From: Octopus bimaculoides
Lineage: Eukaryota
Direction of reading: 5' to 3'
DNA length: 52,006 nt
Assembly (NCBI RefSeq): GCF_001194135.2
Contig: NC_068981.1
Coordinates: forward strand, 146,369,055-146,421,060
Shown here: piece by piece, positions 48,989 to 52,006 of the stretch
How positions within the stretch are numbered: the first letter of the stretch is position 1
Layout of the letters: each line of letters starts with the position of its first letter
Translations under genes and position numbers: made by a program
Notes under the pieces: model-generated
Databases searched by the model: none
Seen by the model: the letters and a program-made list of their open reading frames with translations, nothing else
What the model was told of the DNA's origin: nothing

Positions 48989-49922
48989 ATGAAACATTGG
49001 CCCTGTTGGAGTCATTTCCATACTTAATCATTATATTTTGTAGTAGAGATTCTGAATGAGAGAGGAAGATGCGAGACAACCACCAAAATCGGCCGTTCAA
49101 AAGTTTCAGGCTACCTCACAAACCAATCAAGATACAGTGTTTTAAAACAGAAAGATGTATATAATGAAAATTTATTACATAATATTCATTTCAAGAAGTT
49201 ACTGTACATTGTTAATATTTCGTGTGGCTTCCCTTAGCTTGAATAAATGCTTCAATGCGCCTGGGAAGAGATGCGTAGAAATCCTTCACCATTTTCACAG
49301 AGATGCCATTCTCTGTGACTGAGCTCCCACAACACTTCGAGATTGCGTGGATTCTTCTGACGAACTCTTCTCTCTAGTTGTCCACATTTACTCGGTGATA
49401 TTTAAGCTAGGGCTCTGAGCCGGCCAATCTTTCAATACGGTAATACCGTCATCAGCCAGACTCGGTTGTGTTGCACGCGATCTGTGGCATGGAGCTCCAT
49501 CATGCTGAAAAATCTCACCTTCATCCAAGTCTGGTATCAAACTGTCCTTCAGCAACTGGATTTGGCATTATTCAAGTTACCGCCAATTTTAACCAACTTT
49601 CTTCTACCATTTCTTTTTACGTATCCCTAAAGCATCAGATTCTTACTCCAAACTTCACTGTTTTTGTCGTATAACGTGGGTCGTTTCGCTTTCCTAGAGG
49701 CCTTCTGACAAATTCTTGCTTATTTTTTCTGGTCGTCTCACATCTTCCCCTCTCATTCAGAACCCCTACTACAAAGTATAATGATTAGGTATAGAAATGA
49801 CTCCAACAGGGCCAATATTTCATCTGTAAACAAGAGCAATGCAAAACATCCACTTGTAAGTTGGCAATTAGTAAAAATTTATAATAGTTTAACGTGGCCG
49901 AAGACTCTTGCACGGTATTGTA
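48988..49922 (-). mobile_element. Internally deleted Tc1-like IR/DR transposon with DD35E catalytic remnant
   Basis: Minus translation: EFVRRPLGKRNDPRYTTKTVKFG / GRRKLVKIGGNLNNAK / LLKDSLIPDLDEGEIFQHDGAPCHRSRATQPSLADDGITVLKDWPAQSPSLNITE* / SLPRRIEAFIQAKGSHTKY* (stop 49212-49214). Terminal repeat ends at 49920 followed by TA. 48988-49090 is the inverted partner of 49730-49832. Confidence 0.93.
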
Positions 49923-51497
49923 TATGTACGTATGCTGTATCGTGTTTACGTCTGTGTTCTAATTCTAATTGAAAGTAGTTCACAACTTGAAGCAATACAA
50001 ACGCAACATTGACACATACTTAACATTCCATCTTCCATAATAGATTCAATTAAATGCCATTTTGCTTGACTGACGAGCAACAATAAGGATGCTTTAGTCT
50101 GAAATTCTACCACCAACTTGCTAATGCGTAATGCTTCTTTCAGAATGATTTTCTAACAAAGATAGAAGGCAGATATTTGTGGACGGGGACAGTCGATTAT
50201 ATCGATCGAATCCACTTCTTGATTAATGTATATTTTAACAGTGACAATCTCGGTTGTTTGAATATATATAAAAATATATTGTTACATGTTTCTGTTTTTA
50301 AAAGACAATAGTGAATGATTTGAGTAATCTGGCTGTTATTTAAAAGACCGCGTATTGATTCGTTTTTTGACACGTATTTCTGTTTGTCTTCTACATTGTA
50401 TAATTGCACGAGAATATATTACAGAAACAGCGACTGCCCTATAACAGCTTATTGTCCTGACGGTATCATGAATGAGATCCGAATCGAGAGAGGGCTAGAC
50501 AAATATCGTGTTGCATGAGGTATGTGTTCAAGTCGGCAGTATTTGAAATCAAAACATAAGGTTCCTTAACAAATAATACAAGGTATTCGTAACGCTCTAA
50601 CGATTCTGTTAATTTGGAAAACAGAAAAAATTTTTTTTTTTAATAAAAGCATGATTGAACTAGGAAACTTCTACATAATCGGTCGATGTAGTAGAAATAG
50701 TAACCAAATATTTCTTAATTCATACACAATAATCTTTAAAAACAGAAGAACTTAAGGACCTATTAAACGATGCATATGTACTTTGTTTCAAAATACGATA
50801 CGTTAGTTATAGTTGGAATGCATTTGCTCTGATGAATGTCGGCCAACTTGGTCACTCTACAAGCTAGAAATCTTCTTTCACATAACATCCTGCTATCTCA
50901 AAATAATTGATGGTTTGGGTGGACTTTAGAATTACAAATGCAGTCCATTTGACTGGTTACCCCAGTTTCCGGCTACCCAGTCTCATTACAATATTTAGAT
51001 CCACCCGAAGTATGTTTCAAATCTCTTGCCTAAGAGATACGCAGTGGGATTAGAAGCATGAAGCCCTTGAGTGCAAAGCGAATTTCTTAACCATCGAACA
51101 TGCCAGTTACTCATCGTCAATAAATGTTCCTAGAGACAGGAAATACAAAAGACATGCATTCTCAGTATAAAGAAGTTATGGCAAGCCTTGATGATGAAAT
51201 ATGGCTCAAAAGAGAACTTCATCATCAATAAATAATGTCAATGGAAACTAAGAAAAAATTCCATTCCTAAACTGATCCGTTTAGTCACCTACTGGTGTCT
51301 TCTTTCTTTAGCCGATCTCAGTAGCACACAATCCCTCTCACATACACACAATGTTGAAGAAAGGTAATGATTGCTGTTCTTCACCACCCTGATTACGTCA
51401 TACATAAGGTTTCCTTATTACCTGGTTGGATAGAAATAAAGATCGATGAAAAAAGAAAAGTTAGAAAAGAAGAGATTAATTCGGGCGGATAGATAAA

Positions 51498-51521
51498 TAG
51501 ATAGACAGACAGACAGTTAGT

Positions 51522-51600
<79 letters not shown>

Positions 51601-51602
51601 GA
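51498..51602. repeat. (GATA)n microsatellite
   Basis: Directly visible. Confidence 0.98.
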
Positions 51603-52006
51603 CATGGATAAGGAGGGAGAAAATGTGGACAAAGAGAGCTACGTACAGGACAGAGTTACAGTTATCTTACAGTTGAAATTGTAAAACAATAATTGAAGTG
51701 TCTCGTGAAATAGGCTGGTGGGATGGACAATGGATTAATCGAATATATCGATAGATGTTTCTATGTGCTCTGATACATGTAAGGACAGGTTTGAGTTTTA
51801 TTTCGCATTTTGTATTTTACACAATCTCTAGTCAAACACTGAGGGAATATGTAGAACTAAAAGAGGCGTGGTGAGTCAGCGGCTTGTTTCTTAACTTCTT
51901 GTCGTCTGTTAGAAAAACGTGTGAAAGTTGTTGCCTGCGAAACGTGCAAGATATGAAGGAGTCCATCGACATTTTTCACCCTCTCTATCTCTCTCTCTCT
52001 CTCTCT

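Noticed and set aside
3907-51632. Numerous ORFs of poly-N, poly-L, poly-T, poly-R, VCVC, HTHT, YIYI, SIYL and poly-X
   Set aside because: Translations of microsatellites or N gaps; no coding signal.

Overview
AT-rich, microsatellite-saturated eukaryotic genomic DNA with 7 N-gaps. The SINE families and simple-repeat load look like a coleoid cephalopod (Octopus-like); this is inferred from recognising repeats, not from a search. I find no intact protein-coding gene. Almost every ORF in the supplied track is microsatellite or N-run translation. The only recognisable protein homologies are decayed transposon pieces: a CR1-like RT, a Helitron RepHel linker, two different Tc1 transposases and an RTE endonuclease N-terminus. 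The window holds at least four tRNA-headed SINE families (about 20 clear copies), a non-autonomous Helitron, a foldback element and an element sitting inside an (AAT)n array. The most interesting signal is two unrelated small repeats that each carry a minimal type-I hammerhead ribozyme fold of the Penelope-associated kind (19153-19198 minus, 36473-36509 plus). One of them forms the 3' tail of a tRNA-headed SINE, suggesting a Pol III SINE that borrows Penelope-type ends. Other oddities are a (AACCCT)6(AGGGTT)5 telomeric palindrome inside a foldback element, a perfect 200-bp inverted repeat, an inside-out Tc1 with a TIR-TIR palindromic junction, a DD35E IR/DR Tc1, and candidate regulatory sites (RFX X-box, perfect DR1, YY1).
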